Assembly (NCBI GenBank): GCA_032718475.1
Contig: JAUCBJ010004654.1
Span: forward strand, 1-46,354
DNA: 46,354 nt
Origin: Nemertoderma westbladi
Lineage: Eukaryota; Animalia; Xenacoelomorpha
Reading direction: 5' to 3'
Below the pieces are notes generated by a model. The model saw only the letters and a list, made by a program, of their open reading frames with translations, was not told the DNA's origin and did no database searches. Shown here piece after piece: positions 35,520 through 46,354 of the stretch (the first letter of the stretch is position 1; the number at the start of each line of letters is the position of its first letter). Made by a program: the position numbers and the translations under genes.

Positions 35520-38500
35520 TGATAAATGGAATACGATTCAGATCATGGTTGGAGTATATTTTTTCGATTAATACTGTCCAAATATAATGCATAATGAAGG
35601 CTCGAGTTACAATAATTGGGATAATCTAGGATAATCTGGGATAACTTGGGACAATCAGAGTACCGGTAGTGCTCTTTACTAGCGGCCGGTAGGTTACATA
35701 GCCAACAGATACACGAGTCTGTTGGATGCAAACATTCAGTATTTTTGCACAACTTATGGTGGTAACCATTTGACGATAATTGAGCAGCCACGCGTCAGTT
35801 AAATTTAAATAAAAAAACACCAGTTAAATTGGAGATATTAATTCCCCCCTCTCTGGGATTATCTACCGCATTTAGGATTTCTGTCGATGAGGCATATTTG
35901 CTGACACTGCACGCACCAGAGCTTCCAATAGAAGGCCCTGGTGCGGTGAATGTGGTCTAGATTTGGGATCTCCTCATCATTGACTAAGGTGATGCATCCA
36001 TATGTTACCGCAGGATAAATTATAGACTTCCAAAGATGCAGTGCTGAAACCATAGAAAGTTTACTAAGATCGAGTTTTGTTGCAAGTCGCATGGATGATG
36101 CCACACCTTTCTTATACAGATGTTCAATATGACCCATAGAGACATTTTAAGTAGACATAATTACACCTAGATAGTTGAAGGAGTTTACAAACTCTAGCTT
36201 CTTCCCATCATACAGTAGAACGTCACTATGTGCTAGTCGGCCACCACGCTGGAATTTGATAACTTTCGTTTTTGTAATGTTAACTTTTAGGTCGTTCTCT
36301 TTACAGTAAGCTAGAAGGTCATTTAAGGCCACTTGGACTTCTGTGATTGATTTGCCGCTAATTATTAGGTCGTCAGCATACATTATTGCAAGGCATCCAC
36401 TGACCATAATAATGGCTGGTAGATCAGCTACAAAAAGGTTAAATAGTAAAGGCGACAACTTGTCGCCTTGTATTACACCTATTGTTTGCGGTATTGGCTC
36501 AAATATATAGAGACCCAAACAAATGCAAATGAAATTAACCGCCAGAATTGCCTACACACTAGCGAGGAATTTCTTGCTCACCCCAAAACGTGATAGCTTC
36601 AGGCAGAACTTGATTCTGTTGATGGAATCAAAGGCTTTCTGGAAGTCAACGAAAATGCAGTATGTTCCCTTTAGGGCGCTGGGTGGCATTGCATATTCGG
36701 TCGTGTATCTCTTTAACTGCCGTTATGGTAGAGCAGTATTTACGGAAACCGTATTGTTCTAGGGGTAGAATGTTATGTGCTTCAGCCCAGAGTCTCTTTC
36801 CCAAGATCGATGTGTAAGTTTTCAGTAGAGAGCACAGCAGTGCTATTCCACAGTAGCAGTCTGGTGCTGACCGGCTACCCTTTCCCTGATATAGAGGAAG
36901 AAGGTATGCCATTAGCCAGATGGTTGGGCATGCTCCTGGTGAAAAGCATAGTGTGAATAAAGCTAATAAATAGGGTAGCAGGTATATAAGCCCTGTTTTT
37001 AAAACCTCATTAGTAATTCCATCAGCACTTGGCGCTTTATAGGATTTGTTTGATTTCACTGCTTCAGTGATTTCCTCCGTGTCTATTGGTTTATCCAGTG
37101 ATTCACATGGGTTATCGGGAATATCTGGCATCTCTGTAGGTCTATCGTTGTCCTTGTCTGATGATAACAGTTTCGTAAAATGCTGAGACCATGCTTCCTC
37201 GGGCACATGTTGAGCTACTGGTTTGGTATTATTCTTACCTGAGTTCTTTGGGATATTCCAAAATTTTGATTTATCAGTCTCACATTCGTAAATGAGCTGC
37301 TGCTCTTTATTTGACTCAAAGATTTTCTTTTTGTTGGTAATTAGCTGCTTGTAATTCTTCTGTGTATATCTGTATATATCACGACTCTGATAACTTCTAA
37401 CAAACTATCTTTTGTTCACGGAATGCTCTGACAATTGTTTATGCGATTTGTAGCAGCTGCTATCAAACTATGGTATAGAGGTTCGACTTTGGCTGCTTGT
37501 TGCAGAACTTTCAATGGCTGATGTTATATAAGTATACGCCAAGTCCACACCAACTGAAAGGTTCTCCTCAAAGTCACTCATATTGAGCATTTCTCCTAGT
37601 TTCTCCACGTCAATTCTGCGTATTGGTTTCGTCCTCTGCTTCCTATGGTTTAATCCATCGATATGGAGTAAACGAGTTAATACTTGTTGGTGCTTAGTGT
37701 TTATGTTGTCTGCAATGCAACACATTGATTGATACATATATTTGTGAGCTTAGTATCGTAGAATACCAAGTCTACTGTGCTACTCCCATTCCAGCAGAAA
37801 TAGGTTGGGGTGGATGGATTATTGAGACAGCTTAGGCCCGCTCCAAGGAGGCCGCTGTAGAGTAAGTCACCATGTGTGATATTATTGTCTAACCGACAGT
37901 TAAAGTCGCCAGCAAGGTATATTGGGTTCGTCGTTTTAGCCCGCACCACATTGATCGTCTGGTTCAGTTCTAATAGAATATCAGTATCCTCGGTTTCTGG
38001 ATTAAAACATCCAGCAATGATTACCACAGAGTTTGTATCGATTGAGTGAGTACGTTATCGCTTTTGTATAGCTCCATTTGGGTTGTCTGCAGCCTCGTAT
38101 TTATTGCCACTGTAATCCCGCCATATGGTCACCCTAGAATGCCCTTCACACACTCCACATTGTGGCATTTAAACCCTGTTATGTCTGGATCTTTCTCCAT
38201 GGTCTCTGTCAATACTAGGACATCCGTAGATTCGAAGGTAGAGTCCATAGTTGTGTTTATGGTGGATGATAAATAAACCTTCCACATTCCAAGGTATTAT
38301 GTTTAGCTCGTTTGCATTACTGTTAGAGCCAGAATGTATAATGTTTTTAGAAAATGGGAGTTCGTCGAGTAGTACATGGTTCAGTTGAGATTGGAGTCGA
38401 CAACAGTGCTTCTGATGCCTCTCAAGCTTCAATGATATCGGCAAGGCTTTGCACAACCAGGGCATATCATAACAGTCCTCTCAGCTTTATGTTTAATATC

Positions 38501-39450
38501 ACCGGCCGTAAACAGCGATTGGGTCCGAGTAAACAGCGACTGGGTCCGAGTAAACAGCGACTGGGTCTGAGTAAGCAGTGACTGGATCAGCTGGAGTGGA
38601 GTAAACATCGACTGGGTCCGCTGGAGTGGAGATAACATCGACTGGGTCCGAGTAAACAGCGACTGGATCAGGTGGAGCGGAGATAACATCGACTGGGTAT
38701 GAGTAAACAGCGACTGGATCAGCTGGAGTAGAGTAAACATCGACTGGGTCCGCTGGAGCGGAGATAACATCGACTGGGTCCGAGTAAACAGTAGTAATAG
38801 TAATATAGAATAGTAGAATAGTAATTTTTCTGTGAGTAGAATAACATCAATAATAAACATCGGATCGTTGTGAGTGATTGAGAGTTTATTGGATTGAGTT
38901 TTTGATCGTCAGATCGAGTTTGCAATTTCACCTCCATATCACCGTGAGGCTCGGGGTTGTCTGGGTATGAGTTGTAGATTTTCTCTGTCTGACGAGCTGA
39001 GGAAGTGTCACCCAATAGTTGCTCCTTCTGGCCAGCAGTTTGGTTCGAAAACTTTGAGTGACGCTTCTTCGGAAGGACACATGATGTGGAAGTTTGCAAA
39101 TTGTATAAAAAGGATGGTTGAGCTATCGTATTGAGGCCGATCTAACTTGAAAACGTGATCAAATTGTATATATTCTTCCCTTGTAGATGAGCTTTAACAT
39201 TCTCGATGGTCGTGTCGGGTTTCAAACAACCAACACGGATATGGTACCGCGCGCGGGGCCCCTCTTGCTACAGCTTATAGTCCATCTGCTGATCCCGATT
39301 CAGTTACTATGACAACAGATCTTCGAGTAGATGGTCTAGTAGAAGAATGGTCGGTGTGTACTACCAAAGGGACTGGTTCCTGCGATACTTTTGTTGGTTT
39401 CCCATTTCGGCTGCGAGTTATGGTTGACCGCCCGTTCTGGTGATTAGTAT
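35520..39450 (-). mobile_element. Degenerate APE-RT LINE (CR1/L2-group-like) with ORF1 remnant
   Basis: WNVEGL, LAGDFNCR, PTYF..STVDLVF (APE); KAPSADG, QYGFRK, VDFQKAFD, GVIQGDKLSP, YADDL, FNYLG (RT); many stops and frameshifts; ends approximate. Confidence 0.85.
38508..38791. repeat. Composite 21/33-bp tandem repeat inside the LINE
   Basis: AAACA(G/T)CGACTGGGTCCGAGT and ..CTGGAG.GGAG units. Confidence 0.9.
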
Positions 39451-39737
39451 GGATGGGAGACGGTTATTTTATGAAATTTCGATTAGTAGAAGTGGAAAAT
39501 TATGCATTGTCTAACATTTATGGAGCTTTTTGGCAACGTTTCTGTGTTTTCACCCTACCACATTAATAACACAATGGCACATCCCGCTATTATTTTGCTA
39601 CTCACTTGTTAGGAATGCCACCCATCCAGTCTATTTCCCATCATGCTTGTTTTGTTCATCTATAGACATGCCTTTGTACGTGGTGGTTTTTCGTCTTCAT
39701 ATTTAATTAATTAGTTACATTATGTGTTATGCTGCAG

Positions 39738-39860
39738 ATATTGATGAATGTATTATCAAAACTGATAACTGCCACATTGATGCCAGCTGCACAAATACAG
39801 TTGGTTCATTCACATGTGCCTGCAATAACGGCTATTCTGGTGATGGTGAAGCATGCACTG
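39738..39860 (+). CDS. Calcium-binding EGF exon 3
   Basis: GCAG|AT...G|GTAAGT, 123 nt, phase 1-1; (D)IDECIIKTDNCHIDASCTNTVGSFTCACNNGYSGDGEACT. Confidence 0.92.
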
Positions 39861-40307
39861 GTAAGTTATGTTAGCATACAGTATTTTATATTGAATAATT
39901 ATATACGGTAACGGCCATTACAAAATCCAATTAACCGAGAGCCCATAAAGTAGTACTACCTTGGCCGGCTCAACAATACTTAGACCTAACTGATAACTTA
40001 TCGGTTAGGTATGTGACACCCTATGGGTATCATTGGCGCCAGACTATCTCGGTGAAACCTACTAATTATGGTAATTAGACTCTAATAGTCAGGTGTTACC
40101 AATTAATTAGTACAATTAAACCCTATTTTGACTCATCATTAGGGTTTCTTTAATTGATTATTCTAATTAAATAGATAGATTGGCGCCTTGGCACCCAAAT
40201 GGGGGTGTCAGCGAGGTCTTTCCTAATTATACTTATATTTGAACTATTAAATTATTTATTTGTATTGTACAGTGGCTCATTGCGGCCACTTTGATTTGTA
40301 TACTTTT

Positions 40308-40838
40308 TAAAAAGTTGGTAATTCAAGTTAATTCACTTTCAAAAAGTAGGTAATTCAAGTTAATTCATTTTCAAAAAGTAGGTAATGCAAAGTTAATTCA
40401 TTCAAAAAGTATGTAATTCAAGTTAATTCATTTTCAAAAAGTAGGTAATGCAAAGTTAATTCATTTTCAAAAAGTATGTAATTCAAGTTAATTAATTTCC
40501 ACAAAGTAGGTAATGCAAAGTTAATTCATTTTCAAAAAGTAGGTAATTCAAGTTAATTAATTTCCACAAAGTAGGTAATGCAAAGTTAATTCATTTTCAA
40601 AAAGTAGGTAATTCAAGTTAATTAATTTCCACAAAGTAGGTAATGCAAAGTGAATTCATTTTCAAAAAGTATGTAATTCAAGTTAATTCATTTTCAAAAA
40701 GTAGGTAATCCAAGTTAATTCATTTTCAAAAAGTAGGTAATTCAAGTTAATTCATTTCCAAAAAGTAGGTAATGCAAAGTGAATTCATTTTCAATTTTCA
40801 AAAAGTTGGTAAATCTAAGTTAATTAATATTTTCAAAA
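40308..40838. repeat. 30-31 bp minisatellite, about 17 copies
   Basis: AAAAAGTAGGTAAT(TC/GCA)AAGTTAATTCATTTTC units; two variants often alternate. Confidence 0.95.
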
Positions 40839-40842
40839 ATTA

Positions 40843-43800
40843 CCGTCAACCAGGGTTACCTTGGCCACTTTTCACACATTATTATAAATGACGTCTACTG
40901 TGCTATCATTTCCAGGATTGTTTTGAGGTCAATCTATAATAGCATTATTGATCTAACGTTAAAACTGAAAAATTTGAAAAAAGAAAATAGTTAAGACATA
41001 TTAGGGCTATATTAGAGATTAGGCTATGGTTTTTTTAAAGAGTAGTAGCCATCAGCATTCAGATCCCCCCCCCCCCCCCCCCCACCCCAGCACCAGTTGT
41101 TCAAGCCTCCGATTTCACATGTTCATCATTATAATAAATAGCCATCACCGGCACTTCTGTAAACCATACTCTGTACTGTACGCTTCTATTAGTCATATGG
41201 TAGAAGGACCTACATCAAGCTATCCTTCCTAGCTGGATGTTCACATGCAATATGCTTGTTGCTGGCTTGTTGAGGATGAAGCTAAACCTTGACAATGTAC
41301 AGTACGAGTACAGTGCACCCTACCCATTTGGAATAACCATGTAATGAAAAATTTATCATGATATGAATAATCAAAAATTAAGATATTAAAATTACTTTCT
41401 TTAATAAAAATCTGGAATATACTTTAGGTCTGTAGCATCATATTGTATATATTGTATTATTACATGTATTTATTGTTCTAGAGTTAAATTAAGTATAGTA
41501 ACGTAATGGCAATGATAAATATAAAATATTAGACTTGATATTGTGAGTTACGGTTCAACACAGACATCGCAAAAAAACTCGTCATCATGATAATCAAACG
41601 ACAAATCAACGCACAAAGTACATGCCCAGCTCTCATCTCAAATGCCGGACAAAACACAGATAGCCTGGTTTTCATCTGTATCACAACGCCAGTCTTTCTG
41701 ACATTTGCAGCAATAGTTACTATCGGTACCACCGGTTACTCGTGGGATAATTGATTTCGATGTTGAAGGATTAAATTGCCTCCACCTCCTCCAGCGTCAC
41801 CGATGTGCCAGGCTCAAGGCCTACCTTGCGTCTCCTCTTCCTGGGTTGATCAGTAGTATCCAATGTTCGTATCTGTTCGAGGTAATTGATCACAGATTGC
41901 CCAACTGACTCTCTACAGTCATGGCTTTCCTGATCAGTTCGATATTTCGCCAACTTCATCAGCACTCGGGTACAATACCACATGCTGCAAATCCAGCTTG
42001 TATATTCGGCTTTGATTTCGCATCAATGGCGGTTAACAGTTCCGTTAACAGACTTGGGAAGATATCCTTTTCTACAACAGAGGCTCGCGGGTGTGACCTC
42101 TTATATTTAGTGATTATCGCTCGCCAAGCCTTCTTTAAAGGGGTGAAATAGGCGATGTCTAAAGGCTGACATATATGTGTCGTATTAGTGGGAAGAAACG
42201 TGAATCTAATGTTATTCTCTGAGCAAAGCCGCAAAACTTCTTGGTTCAAATGAGCGCTCAAGTTATCTCCTATTACAACCTTAACACCCTCTATCTGCCT
42301 TGCCCAGGGAACCACAATCTTCTTAAACCAATCTTCAATTGTCTTATTATCGAACCATCCAGAATCGGTCCTCCCATACCTCGTTCCTGGCGGCCCACCC
42401 TTGCACCATGTTGACCACATCCCCACTCCCTTATAAACAACATATAAAGGCATAAAATCCCCAGCAGCTGTTCCCGCAAACATAAGACATATTGCTCCCC
42501 TGCTGTAGTTCATAATTCTTTCCGGGTATTTCACACCTCTCCGAAATATACATTTAATACTATCAGGATCATCACTTAAATTTGTTTCATCAAAGTTTAA
42601 AATATTCGGAACTCAATCTCAATTCTCAATGTTGTCGAAGTATGACTCTATTGTTTCTGTCGTAGTTTGTGCTTTAGCAGTTTTTAGATTCTGCGTCTGA
42701 CATTTACTTAAAAATCCTTTTTCCTCTCAAGAAAACGGTAACACCAATCCTCACCGGGGATGTTATCCTTAAATCGAGTTTTCCTTCCTTTACGGTTTAG
42801 GTAATCAGAAATGATGTATGCAAGTTCCCGTAATGACAGCAGATAACCGAAATCAGCACAAACAATTATTAATCCTAGGATAGTATCTTCTTCCTCCGGA
42901 AACAGTTGATAAAACTGAAAAATTTGAAAAAAGAAAATAGTTAAGACATATTAGGGCTATATTAGAGATTAGGCTATGGTTTTTTTAAAGAGTAGTAGCC
43001 ATCAGCATTCAGATCCCCCCCCCCCCCCCCCCCACCCCAGCACCAGTTGTTCAAGCCTCCGATTTCACATGTTCATCATTATAATAAATAGCCATCACCG
43101 GCACTTCTGTAAACCATACTCTGTACTGTACGCTTCTATTAGTCATATGGTAGAAGGACCTACATCAAGCTATCCTTCCTAGCTGGATGTTCACATGCAA
43201 TATGCTTGTTGCTGGCTTGTTGAGGATGAAGCTAAACCTTGACAATGTACAGTACGAGTACAGTGCACCCTACCCATTTGGAATAACCATGTAATGAAAA
43301 ATTTATCATGATATGAATAATCAAAAATTAAGATATTAAAATTACTTTCTTTAATAAAAATCTGGAATATACTTTAGGTCTGTAGCATCATATTGTATAT
43401 ATTGTATTATTACATGTATTTATTGTTCTAGAGTTAAATTAAGTATAGTAACGGTAATGGCAATGATAAAATATAAAATATTAGACTTGATATTGTGAGT
43501 TACGGTTCAACACAGACATCGCAAAAAAACTCGTCATCATGATAATCAAACGACAAATCAACGCACAAAGTACATGCCCAGCTCTCATCTCAAATGCCGG
43601 ACAAAACACAGATAGCCTGGTTTTCATCTGTATCACAACGCCAGTCTTTCTGACATTTGCAGCAATAGTTACTATCGGTACCACCGGTTACTCGTGGGAT
43701 AATTGATTTCGATGTTGAAGGATTAAATTGCCTCCACCTCCTCCAGCGTCACCGATGTGCCAGGCTCAAGGCCTACCTTGCGTCTCCTCTTCCTGGGTTG

Positions 43801-45060
43801 ATCAGTAGTATCCAATGTTCGTATCTGTTCGAGGTAATTGATCACAGATTGCCCAACTGACTCTCTACAGTCATGGCTTTCCTGATCAGTTCGATATTTC
43901 GCCAACTTCATCAGCACTCGGGTACAATACCACATGCTGCAAATCCAGCTTGTATATTCGGCTTTGATTTCGCATCAATGGCGGTTAACAGTTCCGTTAA
44001 CAGACTTGGGAAGATATCCTTTTCTACAACAGAGGCTCGCGGGTGTGACCTCTTATATTTAGTGATTATCGCTCGCCAAGCCTTCTTTAAAGGGGTGAAA
44101 TAGGCGATGTCTAAAGGCTGACATATATGTGTCGTATTAGTGGGAAGAAACGTGAATCTAATGTTATTCTCTGAGCAAAGCCGCAAAACTTCTTGGTTCA
44201 AATGAGCGCTCAAGTTATCTCCTATTACAACCTTAACACCCTCTATCTGCCTTGCCCAGGGAACCACAATCTTCTTAAACCAATCTTCAATTGTCTTATT
44301 ATCGAACCATCCAGAATCGGTCCTCCCATACCTCGTTCCTGGCGGCCCACCCTTGCACCATGTTGACCACATCCCCACTCCCTTATAAACAACATATAAA
44401 GGCATAAAATCCCCAGCAGCTGTTCCCGCAAACATAAGACATATTGCTCCCCTGCTGTAGTTCATAATTCTTTCCGGGTATTTCACACCTCTCCGAAATA
44501 TACATTTAATACTATCAGGATCATCACTTAAATTTGTTTCATCAAAGTTTAAAATATTCGGAACTCAATCTCAATTCTCAATGTTGTCGAAGTATGACTC
44601 TATTGTTTCTGTCGTAGTTTGTGCTTTAGCAGTTTTTAGATTCTGCGTCTGACATTTACTTAAAAATCCTTTTTCCTCTCAAGAAAACGGTAACACCAAT
44701 CCTCACCGGGGATGTTATCCTTAAATCGAGTTTTCCTTCCTTTACGGTTTAGGTAATCAGAAATGATGTATGCAAGTTCCCGTAATGACAGCAGATAACC
44801 GAAATCAGCACAAACAATTATTAATCCTAGGATAGTATCTTCTTCCTCCGGAAACAGTTGATAAGGAGCCCCATAATGACTTGGATGTTTCCCTTTCAGT
44901 TTGTTTTGTAGGGTAGCTCTAGGAATCCCATATTCACAATAGCGTGAATTGAAATAATTCCGATCCCACTCTTAGCATCCGATATAGCCTTCGCTAACGT
45001 CTCCTCTGAGTAGTCTGAATACCTTCTCGAGCCTAACTTCTTTTGATGATTCCTAGGCAT
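40843..45060 (-). mobile_element. Degenerate pogo/Tigger-type transposon (HTH_psq, CENP-B HTH, DDE_1, C-terminal Cys-rich finger)
   Basis: ATG at 45060 (MPRNHQKKLG..YSEETLAKAI), NFDETN, SGWFD, VIGDNLSAH, LPTNTTHICQPLDIAYF; TA|CCGTCAACCAGGGTTACC at 40843 resembles a TIR; partner TIR not found. Confidence 0.85.
40961..44862. repeat. Head-to-tail duplication of 1.95 kb (40961-42910 and 42911-44862)
   Basis: Identical ORF translations; only two 1-nt indels noticed; TAA microhomology at the junction. Confidence 0.95.
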
Positions 45061-45749
45061 TATTTATATGCGTTATTTTAACAAACTTAGGCTAGAGTTC
45101 CTAGGACTATGTACTGATGTATGCTATACTATCTAGATAATCTATACTATCTACTCTAGACAGATAGAGATAGACTGAATATAGGCCTAAGCCACAGTCA
45201 GTACCGGTACTTTGATTTTATGCAGAGCAGCAGGGTGGTGCCTGTGCCTACTGGCCTCTACTAAATGTCAGTGAAATTGATTTATTTAATTTTTAATTGA
45301 AATTTGTCAGTTAATATAAAAATTTAGAATTTTGAAAAATATATGTATGGTATTATATGTTATATGTATTGTATATTGTATATGTGTATATGTATTGTGG
45401 GGCGTGCGACGAAAGTAAGCGAGCTTAACATACAGGTACCACTAACTCAAATGGTGTGTCTGTTGTTCTGTCGATCTGTCGATCTGTCGTTCTGTTGTTC
45501 TGTCGTGTCAAATTTTAAATGTTAATGAAATTTAACCAAACTTGGTACACATATACTCTGGCCAAAGTTTAGAAATTTTCCAAGTTGAATTTTCGCGTGG
45601 CCTTCGAGAAGCTAAGATAATAGCAGTTAATTAGTTAATAAAGTTGATTAGGGTAAAAACATCAATTTCAACCTGCCTCCTTAAAGGATATTAATTATTT
45701 TCTAGTATAAGATTTAAATAATTATACTTAAAAGTTATACAGGTATACA

Positions 45750-45908
45750 GGTTACAGAGGCGGGATTTTCTAACCAAAACAATAAACTATAATTTAACAA
45801 ATTGAGGGAAAGGAGCAGGTTACAGAGACGGGATTTTCTAACCAAAACAATAAATGATAACATTATACCATTTGAGAGAAAGGAGCAGGTTACAGAGGCG
45901 GGATTTCA
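45750..45908. repeat. About 70-bp repeat, about 2.3 copies; same family as 4278-4397
   Basis: AGGAGCAGGTTACAGAG at 45811 and 45881. Confidence 0.8.
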
Positions 45909-45914
45909 CCGCCT

Positions 45915-46354
45915 CTACGGGCTCCCTCTAGTGATTCTGAGAGTACTCCTAAGTCATCAGCAAAGTCTAGATCAGTTAGGTACTTGACTGGATTTCCTCG
46001 ACTTCTGGAGCCAGTAGGTGAAGTTACCATCACCCCATCATCATTATGATGAGCTAAGGACATGCGTAGAACGTAGTCAACCACAATTATGAACAAGAAT
46101 GGTGCAAGTGTGTCTCCTTGGAGGACTCCCCATAATACTCAAATGGTTCTATGTCACCGTCACCATCAGCAGTAGACACAAAATGTTGTCAAACCATCGT
46201 ATACTGATCTGATTGCTGCAATAATTTCATCATAAATCCCAAATAATGAAAGTATACTGAACATACGTCAGTGAGAGACTGAAACAAAGGCCTTGAAGAC
46301 GTCAACAAAGATAACAGCCAGATGACTGTCTTTCTTTTTTGATAACTCTTCAAT
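45915..46354 (-). pseudogene. RTE-like non-LTR RT fragment, continuing beyond window
   Basis: IFVDVFKAF, GVLQGDTLAPFLFIIVVDY, LTDLDFADDL. Confidence 0.8.

Larger units (their letters stand above)
34378..39555 (-). mobile_element. Deleted Sola2-like DNA transposon carrying a nested LINE
   Basis: 27-bp TIR GGGTGAAAACACAGAAA(A/C)GTTGCCAAA with one mismatch; TAC on both flanks; transposase remnant 34989-35495 with VTDSPMAQYRN and, in a shifted frame, WIFTEAGHGKGPADGVG. Superfamily is assigned from remembered motifs. Confidence 0.7.

Noticed and set aside
40308-40838. CRISPR-like array (also 33814-33930 and 38508-38791)
   Set aside because: No unique spacers or cas genes, and the context is eukaryotic; these are minisatellites.

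Overview
Animal (probably invertebrate) genomic DNA, not prokaryotic. A host gene on + is represented by three near-identical phase-1 calcium-binding EGF exons (4835-4957, 34138-34257, 39738-39860). Its introns are filled with transposons: a CRE-like retroelement remnant, a P-element/THAP9 remnant, an internally deleted Academ, a piggyBac-type MITE, two Penelope-like elements (PLEs), a Sola2-like element holding a LINE, a partly duplicated pogo/Tigger element and an RTE-like fragment. The most unusual object is a young 16-kb BEL/Pao LTR retrotransposon (16850-32867, minus strand) inserted in the GIY-YIG domain of a PLE. It has no tRNA primer-binding site but a perfect 11-nt LTR-to-PBS complement (candidate Tf1-like self-priming). 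It also has TA...TA termini, a tRNA-like Pol III cassette in U3, a probably spliced accessory ORF with three CCHC knuckles, and a near-palindromic motif dispersed about 11 times. The host PLE keeps an open frame, but its catalytic YxDD segment is replaced by a mucin-like Thr-rich repeat. All calls are by eye; no database searches were run.
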